Below, piece by piece: positions 1-9,929 of a stretch of DNA of 25,343 bases (within the stretch, counting starts at the first letter, position 1; each line of letters opens with the position of its first letter). The stretch lies in the IMG/VR virus record IMGVR_UViG_3300037150_000246, positions 1 through 25,343 of that record. The stretch is one strand, 5' to 3'. The stretch comes from a virus (Duplodnaviria; Caudoviricetes). The translations under genes and the position numbers were made by a program. The notes under the pieces are model-generated. The model saw nothing but the letters and a program-made list of their open reading frames with translations. It had not been told where the DNA came from and ran no database searches.

Positions 1-420
1 GTCGATGATTACGTAGTTAGCTTGAATGTTGAACACGCCGGGACCACCGCCATCGTCGGTGATTACCGCTCCGCCTAACGTCGACGATCTCCACACGACA
101 TAGCCGGTAGAGCTGGCGGCGTTACCCCCATGAGTAATACCACCAGGACCAGTGGCAAATGTTCCAGCGCAATTGATGACAGACCCAGCTCCAACATTGA
201 CTGAAGCGGCGTGAGTCAGCGTCGCCCAAGGGCCATTGCTGCCACTGGTGAACGTGGCAGATGTTCCGTTGTAGCTGTCACTTCCGGTGCTGGAATTAAC
301 GTAGTACTGCGTGCCTGATCTTGAATAATACGGTGTCGCAAATAAAGCCGCGCTAGGGCCTGGCAGCTGAGAAGAGGAAGCGACACCGGCGCCCTCCATA
401 AACAAGACTTGCTGCAACAT
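1..420 (-). CDS. Right-handed beta-helix / pectate-lyase-like virion protein (tailspike or depolymerase-like), N-terminal part, truncated by window edge
   Basis: Not in the ORF track; translated by hand from ATG at 420, directly after the collagen-gene TAA: MLQQVLFMEGAG...TQYYVNSSTGSDSYNGTSATFTSGSNGPWATLTHAA...VFNIQANYVIID, open to position 1. YYVxxxxGSDxxxGT...PWxTxxxA is the typical DUF1565/Pel9-like N-terminal motif. Confidence 0.7.
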   Translation of the reverse strand, partial: MLQQVLFMEGAGVASSSQLPGPSAALFATPYYSRSGTQYYVNSSTGSDSYNGTSATFTSGSNGPWATLTHAASVNVGAGSVINCAGTFATGPGGITHGGNAASSTGYVVWRSSTLGGAVITDDGGGPGVFNIQANYVIID

Positions 421-3400
421 TTAGGTAAGCCCCACACCGCTGATAATCCACTCAGTGGTGTTGACTTTTAGTGCGGTCGCCACGCCAACAGCCGTCAAAG
501 TTCTACTGCCGGTAGTCGAAACTGCTCCGGCAAGATACATAGTGTCAGACGTGATGGCGATCAGAAGAGCACCAGCACCTGAATCGTTCACAAACGTAAT
601 TGCTGTACCGATCGGATAAGCAACCGACGAATTGGCGGCAATCGTGAAAGTCCGCGGCGTGGTATCTGACCCGGGATGAAAGATTTGCTCACCCGCATCT
701 CCGATCACCGTCGTATAATCTGCGCTCTTAGAATTTTGTGGAATAATTGTCTGTATCGGTCCTGTAGCACCAGAGACACCCGTCGGACCAACTACTCCCG
801 TCGCTCCAGACACTCCAGTTGGGCCCGTGACGCCGGTCGCGCCTGAGATGCCTGTCGCTCCCGTAGGGCCACCTGATGGGCCCGTAGGCCCGCCAGCGCC
901 GGTCGCACCGGAAACGCCAGTCGGACCAGTAATGCCCGAGGCGCCTGTTGCACCGGCCGCCACCATATTGGTTCTTGCAATTCCAAGGGAGCAGGTGACC
1001 CTCTGAATAGACGTAACGCCGGTGACATTATAGCCAATAACACTTCCGGCCGCGATGCTAGTTGTCCACCCGGTAAGTGTCGTGTCCGAATAATCTACGC
1101 CGCTGGAAATAGTCGGTACATCAGAGGCTGTGATGGTATTAGCAATTGTTGGCGGAAAGTTTGCGTACGCACATACCCAAATATCAACTGTGATCGTGCC
1201 GGTCTGGTTGGCATACAATCGAGCAGCGTTAATCGTGCAAGCGAACGGAACATCGAGAAATCCATATAAGCCCGTTGCAATGGCCGCGCCACCACCGTCA
1301 ATAACGAACTCAATTGCCGCTAACCCTGAAGAACCTAGAGGACCCGTCGCGCCTACAATACCAGTCGCTCCCGAAACGCCCGTAGGGCCGGTGGCGCCCG
1401 CCACTCCGGTCGCGCCAGAGACGCCCGTCGGGCCAGCAACACCAGTCGCGCCACTGACACCAGTCGGGCCAACAACACCCGTTGCTCCACTGACACCTGT
1501 CGGTCCCGTTACGGAAGCGCCTGTCGCACCGCTAACCCCCGTCGGGCCGGCAACACCGGATGATCCGGTACCACCGTAAACTGCGATTTCACATCGATCG
1601 CCATTCGTGAATGTGCCGCTCTGCGTGACGTAAGTTACGGCTAGCTCAACCCAAGTATTTGACCCCTCCTGCGTCGTCGCAGTAACAGTGTAAATAGCAT
1701 AAGCACCAGGCGTCGTAACGTCAGTTATATGAACCGATGCGCCGACAGGAATGTTGTCGAGCCACGGAATCGTGTTTGGGTTGCCGCTGTCTGCAGACGT
1801 CTCATAGATAGCAAGAATGGTTACACTGGCCCACGCCGCGTTATTTGCGCGAAACGCACCAGTACCAGGCGACGCCATCGTAGTGTTGCTCGAATAATTC
1901 CACGTAAAGGACGGCGTCAACCCGGTCGCACCGGACACGCCCGTCGGACCCGTGACGCCGGTAGCGCCGGAAACGCCCGTCGGACCAACGGCACCCGTCG
2001 CTCCTGACACGCCAGTCGGGCCGGTGACGCCAGTCGCACCGGATACACCAGTCGGGCCCGCGGCGCCGGTCGCACCGCTAACACCCGTCGGGCCAGTGAC
2101 ACCCGTTGCACCGCTCACACCTGTCGGGCCCGCGGCGCCGGTCGCGCCGGAGACACCAGTAGGACCAACACCAGAGGCGCCGGACACACCGCTCGGACCG
2201 GCAATGCCCGTCGAGCCGGTAAGGCCAGTCGGCCCCGCGACGCCGGTAGCGCCGGAGACGCCAGAAGGGCCCGCCGTGCCCGTAGCACCGGAAACTCCAG
2301 TCGGGCCTCCAGCGGGGCCAGTAGCCCCACTAACGCCTGCAACACCAGCTACGCCCGAGGCTCCTGTCGCTCCCGTAGGACCACCGGAGGGGCCCGTAGG
2401 GCCGCCAGCACCAGTCGCACCGGTGACGCCAGTCGGGCCGGTGACGCCAGTCGCACCGGAAACGCCAGTCGGGCCGGTGACGCCAGTCGCGCCCGTCGCG
2501 CCTATCCCACCGAAAAAGACTATGCCACAACGATCGCCGCTCGAAAACGTACCTGTCTGGGCAACGTAAGTGACCGCGATCTCGACCCACAAGCCGCCTT
2601 CCTGCGTCACTGCCCCCGCAGTGAAAACTGCGTAGGCACCGGGGGCCGCAATGTCTGTAATCTGAACCGTCGCGCCACTCGGGATATTGTTGAGCATCGC
2701 GGAGATGTTGGGGTTACCGCTATCTGCCGTCAAACACTCAATGGCGAGAGCCGTCACAGAAGACCACGACGAGTTATTTGCTCTGAACACACCGGTCCCA
2801 GGCGTCGACATCGTCAAGAGAGGCGAATAATTCCACGTGAACGTCGTCACGCCTGTCGAACCCGTTAGCCCGATACCGCCCGTTGCTCCCGAAACGCCTG
2901 TGGGGCCGGTGATGCCCGTTGCTCCCGAAACGCCCGTAGGTCCAACAGTACCCGTCGCACCAGAGACACCAGTCGGGCCGATGGTGCCCGTCGCGCCACT
3001 AACGCCCGTAGGTCCAACAGTACCAGTCGCACCAGACACCCCCGTCGGACCAGTTATGCCTGTTGCTCCACTTACACCGGTAGGCCCTGTGAGACCAACA
3101 AGCCCCTGAATGCCCGGAGCACCTGTGGCGCCAGCAACACCCGTGGCTCCCGTCGGGCTCGCAACACCCGTCGCACCGGAGGCGCCTACGGATCCGTCTA
3201 CGCCCGTTGCGCCAGAGACGCCAGTTGCGCCGGCGCCGGTCGCCCCGGCAGTCCCCACACCGGTCGCCCCAGCGGTCCCCACACCGGTCGCACCGGCAAC
3301 ACCGGTCGCGCCAGAAACACCGGTCGCCCCAGCTACACCCGTCGGGCCAACGTACGGGCTGGTTGCGCCCGTAGCACCGCCAACGCCTGGCGGTCCACTG

Positions 3401-3603
3401 ACGCCTGTTGAGCCTGTGATGCCTGTCGCACCAGATGGGCCATCAACACCCGTTGCTCCAGTAACGCCAGTCGCGCCCGTCTGGCCACCAGCAGGACCGA
3501 TTGGGCCGATGGGGCCAGGAGGGCCGATCGGACCAATCGCAATCGGTCCAATGAATGCGGAGTCAATATCGAGAGGGCCGGGACCGGTGCTGCCGTTCGC
3601 CAT
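421..3603 (-). CDS. Collagen-like (Gly-X-Y) virion fibre protein with interspersed globular domains
   Basis: Long GPT/GVS/GAT triplet runs, interrupted by two homologous ~112-aa domains, a third beta-rich domain and a C-terminal domain. Likely start is ATG 3603 (MANGS), just after the upstream stop; the ORF track extends it to 3618. Confidence 0.85.
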   Translation of the reverse strand: MANGSTGPGPLDIDSAFIGPIAIGPIGPPGPIGPIGPAGGQTGATGVTGATGVDGPSGATGITGSTGVSGPPGVGGATGATSPYVGPTGVAGATGVSGATGVAGATGVGTAGATGVGTAGATGAGATGVSGATGVDGSVGASGATGVASPTGATGVAGATGAPGIQGLVGLTGPTGVSGATGITGPTGVSGATGTVGPTGVSGATGTIGPTGVSGATGTVGPTGVSGATGITGPTGVSGATGGIGLTGSTGVTTFTWNYSPLLTMSTPGTGVFRANNSSWSSVTALAIECLTADSGNPNISAMLNNIPSGATVQITDIAAPGAYAVFTAGAVTQEGGLWVEIAVTYVAQTGTFSSGDRCGIVFFGGIGATGATGVTGPTGVSGATGVTGPTGVTGATGAGGPTGPSGGPTGATGASGVAGVAGVSGATGPAGGPTGVSGATGTAGPSGVSGATGVAGPTGLTGSTGIAGPSGVSGASGVGPTGVSGATGAAGPTGVSGATGVTGPTGVSGATGAAGPTGVSGATGVTGPTGVSGATGAVGPTGVSGATGVTGPTGVSGATGLTPSFTWNYSSNTTMASPGTGAFRANNAAWASVTILAIYETSADSGNPNTIPWLDNIPVGASVHITDVTTPGAYAIYTVTATTQEGSNTWVELAVTYVTQSGTFTNGDRCEIAVYGGTGSSGVAGPTGVSGATGASVTGPTGVSGATGVVGPTGVSGATGVAGPTGVSGATGVAGATGPTGVSGATGIVGATGPLGSSGLAAIEFVIDGGGAAIATGLYGFLDVPFACTINAARLYANQTGTITVDIWVCAYANFPPTIANTITASDVPTISSGVDYSDTTLTGWTTSIAAGSVIGYNVTGVTSIQRVTCSLGIARTNMVAAGATGASGITGPTGVSGATGAGGPTGPSGGPTGATGISGATGVTGPTGVSGATGVVGPTGVSGATGPIQTIIPQNSKSADYTTVIGDAGEQIFHPGSDTTPRTFTIAANSSVAYPIGTAITFVNDSGAGALLIAITSDTMYLAGAVSTTGSRTLTAVGVATALKVNTTEWIISGVGLT
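1571..2841 (-). repeat. Internal duplicated globular domain in the collagen-like protein (about 2507-2841 and 1571-1908)
   Basis: FTWNYS...PGTGxFRANN..W.SVT.LAI....ADSGNPN...L.NIP.GA.V.ITD...PGAYA..T....TQEG...WVE.AVTYV.Q.GTF..GDRC.I...GG occurs twice. Confidence 0.9.
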
Positions 3604-3604
3604 A

Positions 3605-3964
3605 TCAGTAACCCCCACTCAGGAGCGCTTGCGTCGCCTTCAAGATCAATTTGGCGCCGCCGTAACCGTCGGGCTGGATGTCGTCAATCAGATACTGCTG
3701 CCCAGTGGCGATCGTGATCATGTCACCAACACACGGTGTGACTTCGAAATTGCCGAGTTGAATGCCGAGAGATATGGTCACCGTCGACATCTTCGAACCG
3801 TTGTCCATCATCACATCGAGGTGCTGCACCGTCCAAATACCGCCGGACCAATAAGACGTCGCACCGCCAGACGCCGGCTGACTTACAGTCGGCGTGATCA
3901 TAACGGGAACCGCGAAGATCGCCATGTTTGGCGAAAGGACTAATGAGCTAAAATCGATTGGCAT
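3605..3964 (-). CDS. Head-tail joining / head closure protein (lambda FII-like)
   Basis: 119 aa, beta-rich, ends with PxxGDxIxI...YxIxDxxPDGxGxxxLxL, a pattern typical of alphaproteobacterial phage head-tail joining proteins; lies in the virion operon. Confidence 0.65.
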   Translation of the reverse strand: MPIDFSSLVLSPNMAIFAVPVMITPTVSQPASGGATSYWSGGIWTVQHLDVMMDNGSKMSTVTISLGIQLGNFEVTPCVGDMITIATGQQYLIDDIQPDGYGGAKLILKATQALLSGGY

Positions 3965-4875
3965 TTCACATACCAGTCCCAGGTCTCTTGCAGACCGCGG
4001 TCAATCGAATAGTTCGAACGACACCCGAGGGTGTTAAGTCGGGTCAAATCAATCTCACAATTCATGCGACCGTTCGGCTTCGTCGGATCAAACACAACAC
4101 GAGCCATTGGCACGCCGCTGATGACGGAAAGCTTTTCTGCTATTTGCCGAATACTGTAGATCGTACCACTCCCCGTGTTCATCACACCGTCAACACGGTC
4201 CATACTAACGCGCACAATCTCTGCCAGGTCTTTCGAATAGAGAAAATCACGCTGAGGCGAACCGTCGCCCCACAAGTTGACCTGTCCACCGCTCTCGAGC
4301 GCCTTGTAAAACTTCAAGATCATCGTCGGAAGCACGTGTCCCGTTTCAAGATTGAACTTATCTCGCGGGCCGTACAGGTTACCAGATACGAGATAGCACC
4401 ACTCAAGGCCATAGCTCTCAGCGTAAACTTCCAACATTGCCAGCATCCCACGCTTCGCGTGTGCGTAGCCGGCCTCGCCAGCGTGCGGCCGCCCGTTAAA
4501 GACTGTATCTTCGCAAATAGGACGCTCATGTGGCCACGGGTAAACCGCGTTCGTTCCCATGACGGTGATCTTCTTTGCACCCGAAGTGCGGGCCGCGTCG
4601 ATCACGCTCGTGTTAATCAACGTGTTCTCGAGGTACGAGCGACCCTGATTGTTCAGGTTGCCACCGAGACCAAATACACAAGCGGCAGCATGGAAAACAT
4701 GACGTGGGCGCAAGCAGGCAAACACGGCAGCCGTCGCAGCGAAGTCACGCAGATCGCAGTTAAGCCGGCTAAGACCAACCACATTGAAATAGCCGAGTAG
4801 CCTAAGGTGTCTAACAACAGCGGACCCGACAAGGCCACGCGCGCCCGTGACGATAATCGTGTTTGACAGGTTCAT
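3940..4875 (-). CDS. fcl: GDP-L-fucose synthase family (GMER/WcaG-like) NAD(P)-dependent epimerase/reductase
   Basis: TGARGLVGSA (GxxGxxG), HAAACVFGLGGN, YAHAK (YxxxK), NLYGPRDKF...HVLP, WGDGSPQRDFLY. The canonical GSSCIYP reads GTNAVYP here. Confidence 0.85.
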   Translation of the reverse strand: MNLSNTIIVTGARGLVGSAVVRHLRLLGYFNVVGLSRLNCDLRDFAATAAVFACLRPRHVFHAAACVFGLGGNLNNQGRSYLENTLINTSVIDAARTSGAKKITVMGTNAVYPWPHERPICEDTVFNGRPHAGEAGYAHAKRGMLAMLEVYAESYGLEWCYLVSGNLYGPRDKFNLETGHVLPTMILKFYKALESGGQVNLWGDGSPQRDFLYSKDLAEIVRVSMDRVDGVMNTGSGTIYSIRQIAEKLSVISGVPMARVVFDPTKPNGRMNCEIDLTRLNTLGCRSNYSIDRGLQETWDWYVKCQSILAH

Positions 4876-5687
4876 TTTTTTCCGCCTACGTGCGGCGCTT
4901 CTTGAACCATCCGTACGACTTGCTTCGGTTGCTGCCGCTGCTCCAGAAGGTAGAGGCGGTGTGCCTCCGCGAGTTCCTTCATAGCCCTATGATCCTTGAC
5001 CGAGTGCAGTATATTCGCACCTTTGTTGCGTACAAGGTTCATGGCGATCTTAAAGCCGTTGCTGTAAACTTCGATCTCGTGCTCATTTGGGACCGGGTGT
5101 GCGACTATATCAATTGCAATAGGGCAACTCACGCAATCAAAAAACCGTTTCCACGGCAGACCGGCTGCCATAGTGAGTTGCAACATATAGAAGTCGATGA
5201 ACGGCATTACCGGGGAAGCGGTGATACCATCAGCCACGGCAAGCATCGCCTCGATGGTTCTGCGTGACAAAAAATACGGGGGTTGAAATGCAACGTGCGG
5301 CCACCGTGCAGGGAATGTAGACTGGTGCTCAGGAATGTCGTCATGCACTTGGTTTGACCAAACGACGTCAGGCTCATCGTAGAGATAATCCGGTATTTTT
5401 GGATCGAGGTTCACTGAGTCAGAATCGTGAATGAGAAAATTGTGTTCTGGAAACGTGAGAAGAATTTTTAAATGCTCGCGTTGACGGTCTAGCGAGTCCT
5501 GCCCGATGTACGCGCGTTTACCCCCATATCGGTTCTCAACTCCGGGATATGTAATAGTAGCTTTCGAATCTTCAGGCGACAAAATTACCAGCGGACACTC
5601 ATGATGCAAATACATGCCAATGGAGTGTATCACCATGTGTTGGTCGCCGGCGTAGCAACACACAGCCACTCTTGTGTCTTCGTTCAT
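4872..5687 (-). CDS. Putative GT-A-like glycosyltransferase / glycan-associated protein
   Basis: 271 aa; hydrophobic strand followed by a DxD motif (FLIHDSDS); 4-nt overlaps with both neighbours in the sugar cluster. Function inferred mainly from context. Confidence 0.45.
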   Translation of the reverse strand: MNEDTRVAVCCYAGDQHMVIHSIGMYLHHECPLVILSPEDSKATITYPGVENRYGGKRAYIGQDSLDRQREHLKILLTFPEHNFLIHDSDSVNLDPKIPDYLYDEPDVVWSNQVHDDIPEHQSTFPARWPHVAFQPPYFLSRRTIEAMLAVADGITASPVMPFIDFYMLQLTMAAGLPWKRFFDCVSCPIAIDIVAHPVPNEHEIEVYSNGFKIAMNLVRNKGANILHSVKDHRAMKELAEAHRLYLLEQRQQPKQVVRMVQEAPHVGGKK

Positions 5688-6562
5688 GCCACACCGTCGC
5701 GGCGCAGTTTAGAAGCAGCTAATAAGCACCGTCGGTTTTGAATATCAAAGTCACGAACAGCCTGTAGGCGGCGGCGTCGATCTTTGTCGTTATACACATG
5801 AGTGTAATAGTCGGGCATATGAAGATTGAGTTCCTGCTCAATCCAAGGAGCCGCACGAACAAGTAATCTCACCTTCTCGCGTCCGTGCGTGCCGTTTGAA
5901 AGGATTTTAGCGCGAGCAATAAGATCGTCACGCGTCAGTATTGCCGGCCAATTTGTGACGCAATGATATCCAAAACTACTGGGAGGCGTTTTTGGAATGA
6001 CCGGACCGTGCGCCGTCCAACCCTCATAAGCAAAATCCAAAGCAACATTTTCTGGCGCCCACTTGAAACCGCCGTTCTCTATCTCACGACGATAACGCCG
6101 TGAGATGTTCATGTCTGAATATATCGGGAACTGCTTCGCGTGACAGAACTCAATCATTCGCTTTGTGACTAGAGCAAATCCACCATTCCCGACCGTCAAG
6201 TCTGGGGTCCTCATACACATGTTCGAATGCCACGGCGCGCCGATGTAGTCGTATTGCAAGAACTCGTCGCGCCACATAGCCGGATTGCACGCCCCCGCAT
6301 CCCATTCCAAAAGTAGCGCGTGCGATGTTGTGATCCCAAGCGCCGCTTCCGTGTAATAAAATAAACTGGAGGCGTCCTTAGTGGGCCAGTCGTCGACCTT
6401 AACGTACCGCGCGCCGGGCACGGCTATCCGCTCGCAGTCGTCCGTGTAAATCAAGACATCTCCGAAGGCAACCTTGCTCACAAGATCATTGGCGGTGATC
6501 CGAGCCAACTCATGTGCTCGAGTTGTAGGGATAACTAGTGTCACGTCAGGAAGACTAATCAT
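5684..6562 (-). CDS. DUF5672-family glycosyltransferase-like protein
   Basis: Signature motifs [45 protein letters not shown]. Confidence 0.75.
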   Translation of the reverse strand: MISLPDVTLVIPTTRAHELARITANDLVSKVAFGDVLIYTDDCERIAVPGARYVKVDDWPTKDASSLFYYTEAALGITTSHALLLEWDAGACNPAMWRDEFLQYDYIGAPWHSNMCMRTPDLTVGNGGFALVTKRMIEFCHAKQFPIYSDMNISRRYRREIENGGFKWAPENVALDFAYEGWTAHGPVIPKTPPSSFGYHCVTNWPAILTRDDLIARAKILSNGTHGREKVRLLVRAAPWIEQELNLHMPDYYTHVYNDKDRRRRLQAVRDFDIQNRRCLLAASKLRRDGVA

Positions 6563-7572
6563 CGACTACAGTCCGCATTCACCATCTCTTTGACTAGATC
6601 GCGGAAAGTGACGGTAGGTTTCCAACCTAGTGTTATCAGCGCCTTGGTTGAGTCGCCGAGAAGCACGTCGATCTCAGCCGGTCGAAAATAATGTGGATCA
6701 ACACACACGAGTTTTTCGTCGGTGCCGGCGCACACTCCGTACTCGTCTAATCCGCTGCCACGCCATTCAATCGCCTGGCTTATGTGGGTGAACGCGCGCT
6801 CGACAAACTCTCGTACGGAATGAGTTTCACCCGTCGCCATCACGTAGTCGTCTGGCTCCGGCTGCTGTAACATAAGCCACATGCCTAATACGAAATCGCG
6901 TGCGTGACCCCAGTCGCGTTTTGCATCCAAATTGCCAAGGCGCAACGGCGGTTGCGGTCCGCGAAGATGTGCGGCGACCGCTTTCGTAATTTTGCGCGTG
7001 ACAAAAGTGGAACCGCGCCGCGGGCTCTCATGATTAAACAGGATGCCGCTTGACGCGTGCAGGCCGTACGCCTCGCGGTAGTTGCGTGTAATCCAAAAAC
7101 CGTAAAGCTTCGCCGCGCCATAGGGGCTGCGCGGGTGAAATGGCGTCGTCTCAGACATAGGCGTCGGGACGTTGCCGTACATTTCGGATGTGGCGGCCTG
7201 GTAGAAACGCACGCGATCGCTCATGCCTAAGAGACGAATGCCCTCGAGCAAACGCATCGGACCAAGCGCATCTGAGTTTGCCGTGTACTCTGGCGTCTCG
7301 AAGCTCACTTGCACGTGGCTTTGCGCCGCGAGATTGTAGACCTCAGTTGGCTGCACTTCCTGCAAGAGCCGTATCAGGTTCGTTCCATCCGTGACATCGC
7401 CGTAGTGGAGATGGAACGCCGGAGAGAGCGGGATGTGATCAATACGCTCTGTGTTGAATGACGATGCGCGACGCTTAAGGCCGTGAACTTCGTAACCCTT
7501 AGCCAACAACAAATCAGCCAAGTAGCTGCCGTCCTGACCCGTCACACCAGTGATCAAGGCAACTCTATGCAT
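6559..7572 (-). CDS. gmd: GDP-mannose 4,6-dehydratase
   Basis: [85 protein letters not shown]. Confidence 0.97.
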   Translation of the reverse strand: MHRVALITGVTGQDGSYLADLLLAKGYEVHGLKRRASSFNTERIDHIPLSPAFHLHYGDVTDGTNLIRLLQEVQPTEVYNLAAQSHVQVSFETPEYTANSDALGPMRLLEGIRLLGMSDRVRFYQAATSEMYGNVPTPMSETTPFHPRSPYGAAKLYGFWITRNYREAYGLHASSGILFNHESPRRGSTFVTRKITKAVAAHLRGPQPPLRLGNLDAKRDWGHARDFVLGMWLMLQQPEPDDYVMATGETHSVREFVERAFTHISQAIEWRGSGLDEYGVCAGTDEKLVCVDPHYFRPAEIDVLLGDSTKALITLGWKPTVTFRDLVKEMVNADCSR

Positions 7573-8420
7573 GCCACGAAGTCCTTGCAGCGCTGCGGCG
7601 CGTCAGTGTATGGCGGCGCGATCCCGAGGTATGGCACAGTCCTCGAGCAATTCAGCCACCCCACAGGTTCGTTTCCCACCACCGAGATAACCGGTGTCTT
7701 GACCGCTGGAGAGAGAATTGCACCGAAGCCAGCTGCGACGTAAGCCAACGACGCGCGCGCAAACAGCGCCACGAGCAACTCGATAGGTAAACCGCCGTGA
7801 AAAGTAGCCTCCGCTTGGACCTGTGGACCAACGATCCACTCCCTTCCAGGGAGGAGATCAGCAACTGATACAACAAAAAATTGTTCACGGATTTGAGCCA
7901 GGCAATCATGATAGACCTGTGGATCAGGATTGCGCCCGTCGTTCATGCGGGCCTCTGGTCGCTTCGTCAGTGGGCGATAAACCAACATCGGCTGGCCACG
8001 CCAACCTTGCTGCTCCAGCAAGTCGTCCAGCCTAAACTGCCACTCAAACGGCACCGGTATCTCAAAGGTGTCGTCGTCCTCCAGCGTGAGCCCCGCCGAT
8101 CTGAAGATTGCGTCAAGCACCGTCGAAGTCACGTCCATGTGCGTCGGCAGTCGTGTCCAGTATTTGAGTTGGGTCGTCTCGACACCTGTGGGCGCCTTGA
8201 CAAACTTGGTCGCCTCACGAGCCTCGTTCTTTGCCTGCGTCCACAGTGGGGAGTTCATCCGCACGCACTTCAAACCCTGCTGCATAAGATCGTAGTTGAG
8301 CACGGGCCAGCTGGTATACAGCCACACATCCCGGCCATCATGCATGAAACGCCTAACAACAGCCCTCTGGTTGATAGTATCACCTAAGCCATGCATTCCG
8401 CGGATCAACAGGGGCTTCAT
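7554..8420 (-). CDS. GT9-like (heptosyltransferase-fold, GT-B) glycosyltransferase
   Basis: N-terminal [11 protein letters not shown] (GxGD of GT9); C-terminal L..LVALFARA...V...G...LS.AV.TP.I resembles the GT9 donor-binding region. Confidence 0.6.
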   Translation of the reverse strand: MKPLLIRGMHGLGDTINQRAVVRRFMHDGRDVWLYTSWPVLNYDLMQQGLKCVRMNSPLWTQAKNEAREATKFVKAPTGVETTQLKYWTRLPTHMDVTSTVLDAIFRSAGLTLEDDDTFEIPVPFEWQFRLDDLLEQQGWRGQPMLVYRPLTKRPEARMNDGRNPDPQVYHDCLAQIREQFFVVSVADLLPGREWIVGPQVQAEATFHGGLPIELLVALFARASLAYVAAGFGAILSPAVKTPVISVVGNEPVGWLNCSRTVPYLGIAPPYTDAPQRCKDFVACIELP

Positions 8421-8689
8421 TGCAGTCTAAACTCACCGTCAACAGTGCGGATTTCAGAGGGCTTGATCAAGGATGCATGCGCTACAGTGATCGAGTGTAG
8501 CGGCCCATCGAGTTGTTCAAGCCAGAAATTGAGAAACCTGTTCAGCTCTGGAAACATTGGACACAGATCGTACTCCTGCCAGACGAACGTCTGTAGAAGC
8601 CAGAGATGATCAGGCCGCCGGTAAAGAATTTCGGCGGTCGTCAGTCCGTAAGCGCCAGGGCTTCTTCCAAACTCAATCGCGGAAAGCAT
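8417..8689 (-). CDS. usg: Usg-family protein
   Basis: YGLTTAEILYRRPDH..LLQTFVWQEYDL.P.FPEL..FL.FW...LDGPLHS.TVAH..LIKP.E.R.VDG.FRL matches alphaproteobacterial Usg. Confidence 0.9.
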   Translation of the reverse strand: MLSAIEFGRSPGAYGLTTAEILYRRPDHLWLLQTFVWQEYDLCPMFPELNRFLNFWLEQLDGPLHSITVAHASLIKPSEIRTVDGEFRLQ

Positions 8690-9261
8690 TCGATTAAGCT
8701 CCCTGGAGAGGCATTAGTTATCTCGACACCATCAACTTTCTTAAAATCCTTAGACCAGCGTGGCCACGAGCGCTTGTTGGCCTCGTCGTTGATGCGCGAC
8801 CAAGCGTACTCGTTGTGATAGTGGCCTGGCGTGTAGTCGAAGCCGAGCAGTGTAATGCGCTTGGCCCCCTTGCGCAAAGCTATCTGAAGAGCAGCGAAAC
8901 CCGATGTACCCCGACGTTCAATGTCGGCTAGGTAGGAGGCTCCACGGATCGGTTTTGGTATCGCGTGCCACCACCATTTACCTAGTACCAAATACAACGG
9001 TTTCGCCTCCGCAAACGCCTCCAGCTGTTCTCTCTTACGCTCGACAAACACCGGGTCGATGCTGACACCGCAGGCGCAGAAATCGCAATCGAACATAGAC
9101 TGGTTGATGCCGACGCTGATACCACGCGATCGGATACGTTCGAAATCAAACCCCCGAAGGGAGGAGCCGCCGCCTATGAGATAAACGCGCGACTCCCCCC
9201 ACTCGGGCAGGCCGAGGTCGCCCCAAGGTATGGGTGACGTCTCGGTGTAGTCACGAGGCAT
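8641..9261 (-). CDS. Maf/MptE-like (DUF115 / sialyltransferase-like fold) putative sugar transferase
   Basis: VYLIGGGSSL, S.GINQS, TSGFAALQIAL.KGAKRITLLGFD, ITNASPGSLI.CFP motifs. Confidence 0.6.
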   Translation of the reverse strand: MPRDYTETSPIPWGDLGLPEWGESRVYLIGGGSSLRGFDFERIRSRGISVGINQSMFDCDFCACGVSIDPVFVERKREQLEAFAEAKPLYLVLGKWWWHAIPKPIRGASYLADIERRGTSGFAALQIALRKGAKRITLLGFDYTPGHYHNEYAWSRINDEANKRSWPRWSKDFKKVDGVEITNASPGSLIECFPRLSLEEALALTD

Positions 9262-9286
9262 TTACGCGCCCGCCTTCCAAGAACGT

Positions 9287-9900
9287 TTACGCAGCAGCGC
9301 GGAACGAACCATTGAGGCGCACGGCGCCGGTAACGTCGCCGGAAGCCTGCGCTGACACGGCAACGCCGATGACCACGTCGGTGCTGTCGTCGACCGTCGA
9401 GCAGACGCCGAGCTGGTTATCCCAATAGAGCAGCTCACCGATAGTCCACACTGCGCCGGTCTTCTTCGGCAGAGTGTAAACACCGGTGACCCAGAGCACA
9501 CCAATCACCGTCGTGGTGATGCTGTTGAGCGTGGTCTGAGTAGTGAAGCCGGCAACGCCGACCATGCTGCCAATCTTGTAGACGTCGCCGCTGACCATGC
9601 CGGTCGACGGCTGAGATGCGACGGGAATGTAAATTGCCAGTTTTTGTTGTCGCATCGGCTCTTTATCCGACGCTTCTGCATGTCACCATGCAGCTCAGAC
9701 TATATCATCAACTGATTTCTCAGATGTCGGGCGCTCGTGGGTGGATTATTGTTGGGACTCACCACCTAGTCGTTAGAGGTTCTACAGCACCAAAAGCCCG
9801 CTGTAGCTTCCTACGGGATTGTCTCCTAAGAGAGTTTCCCCGTTTCACCCGATTTAGAGGGGACTACTTTTTAATCCCCTTGCTGTAATTGGTTTTGCAT
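9287..9900 (-). CDS. DUF2190-family capsid cement/decoration protein, split by a group I intron (exons 9900-9874 and 9637-9287; 125 aa)
   Basis: Spliced product MQNQLQQGD|AIYIPVASQPSTGMVSGDVYKIGSMVGVAG...GVYTLPK...W..GE.LYWD...IGVAV...AVRLNG fits DUF2190 (MxNxxQxGD start). GAAAGG SD lies 8 nt before ATG 9900. Confidence 0.85.
9638..9873 (-). ncRNA. Group I self-splicing intron (IA-like, with a P7.1-type insertion), 236 nt, no internal ORF
   Basis: P1 exon AGGGGAU pairs with intron GUCCCCU, giving a U.G pair at the splice site. P3 UCGGGUG/CGCCCGA; P4 ACGGG/CCCGU; P6 extension CUACAGC/GCUGUAG; P7 GACUA (9771-9767)/UAGUC (9702-9698) within GAUGAUAUAGUC; P9 CUGCAUG/CAUGCAG; terminal G at 9638. 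Removal restores the reading frame. Confidence 0.92.
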
Positions 9901-9929
9901 AGGAGTAGCCTTTCATTTTGAAAACAAGT

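Noticed and set aside
760-3560. Short periodic DNA repeats resembling a CRISPR or tandem array
   Set aside because: Degenerate 9/36-nt periodicity from collagen coding; no constant repeat with unique spacers and no cas genes.
1130-3943. Plus-strand ORFs rich in PVAP/PVGP
   Set aside because: Antisense shadows of the Gly-X-Y codons of the collagen gene.
3958-4800. 280-aa plus-strand ORF
   Set aside because: Antisense to the fcl-like gene, with no recognisable motifs.
9287-9655. ORF-track start MRQQKL for the cement protein
   Set aside because: The ATG lies in a 3' stem of the intron; the spliced form gives the family-typical N-terminus and has an SD.
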